Assembly (NCBI GenBank): GCA_051530055.1
Contig: CM121341.1
Span: 11,386,784 to 11,450,783 of the forward strand
DNA from: Neoechinorhynchus agilis
Taxonomy: Eukaryota; Animalia; Acanthocephala
DNA: 64,000 nt
Direction: 5' to 3'
Shown here: positions 63,605 through 64,000 of the stretch, one piece after another
Layout: the number at the start of each line of letters is the position of its first letter
Numbering within the stretch: position 1 is the stretch's first letter
Notes under the pieces: model-generated
Told to the model about the DNA's origin: nothing
The model's database searches: none
The model's input: the letters and a program-made list of their open reading frames with translations, nothing else
Made by a program: the position numbers and the translations under genes

Positions 63605-64000
63605 TTTGCAAAATAAAGTCATTGAATGTAGTCTTCTTAGAACGATTCTACAATAACCGTATCATTTCGTCGATATTCAATTTGAAATCAATGGAAAATG
63701 AATTTGTTTTCACTTGTGAAAAAGACAGATACTTGCATTTGGAGGAAAATATTATACTGAAATATGTACGGAGGTAAATAGTACGTCGACGTGCTTGAAC
63801 AAATAAAATCAAGGAACATTAACATCCCACCTTGTATTTAAGTTAATTTTGGGCCAAAATCAATGGAACTGAGATAACTGAAACTACTTTGATGTCGGAC
63901 TTGCAGGAATTGTACGGCGTATGTTAGCAAACGGTAATCGTTAAGCTCAACCATGAAGCAGAACCAATCTATAAAGTACATTTTATTTATAACCTTTTTA

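Noticed and set aside
1-64000. CRISPR arrays, rRNA, tRNA and spliceosomal snRNA genes
   Set aside because: None recognised by eye; the window is eukaryotic genic DNA.

Overview
AT-rich genomic DNA from an invertebrate animal with a compact genome; most introns are 37-61 nt. The exact taxon cannot be fixed from this window. Recognisable genes in order: SMU1 (5'-partial), SLC35G/EamA transporter, DNAJC9, a Klarsicht/KASH-like spectrin-repeat gene, PGAP2, an ShK-domain secreted precursor, two tandem ANTP-class homeobox genes (one Dlx-like), DGAT1 (frameshifted), HSBP1, CDC50/TMEM30, GIT ArfGAP and CFAP20, plus a few orphan ORFs. Intergenic and intronic space holds several MITE families, decayed LINE copies, a Merlin/ISXO2 transposase pseudogene and a Penelope-like relic. 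The best leads are: (1) HSBP1, absent from the ORF track as an assembled gene, with a U12-type intron that appears to have AT-AA ends; (2) a Klarsicht-like gene whose KASH-like tail lacks PPPX and whose splice acceptor is duplicated, which could give a KASH-less isoform; (3) the homeobox tandem with a GT versus GC donor at the same intron position; (4) a 4-nt duplication breaking DGAT1; (5) an AT-hook on DNAJC9. All gene models were built by manual translation. No database searches were run, and family comparisons come from recall. I see no clear evidence of a wholly new multi-gene system.
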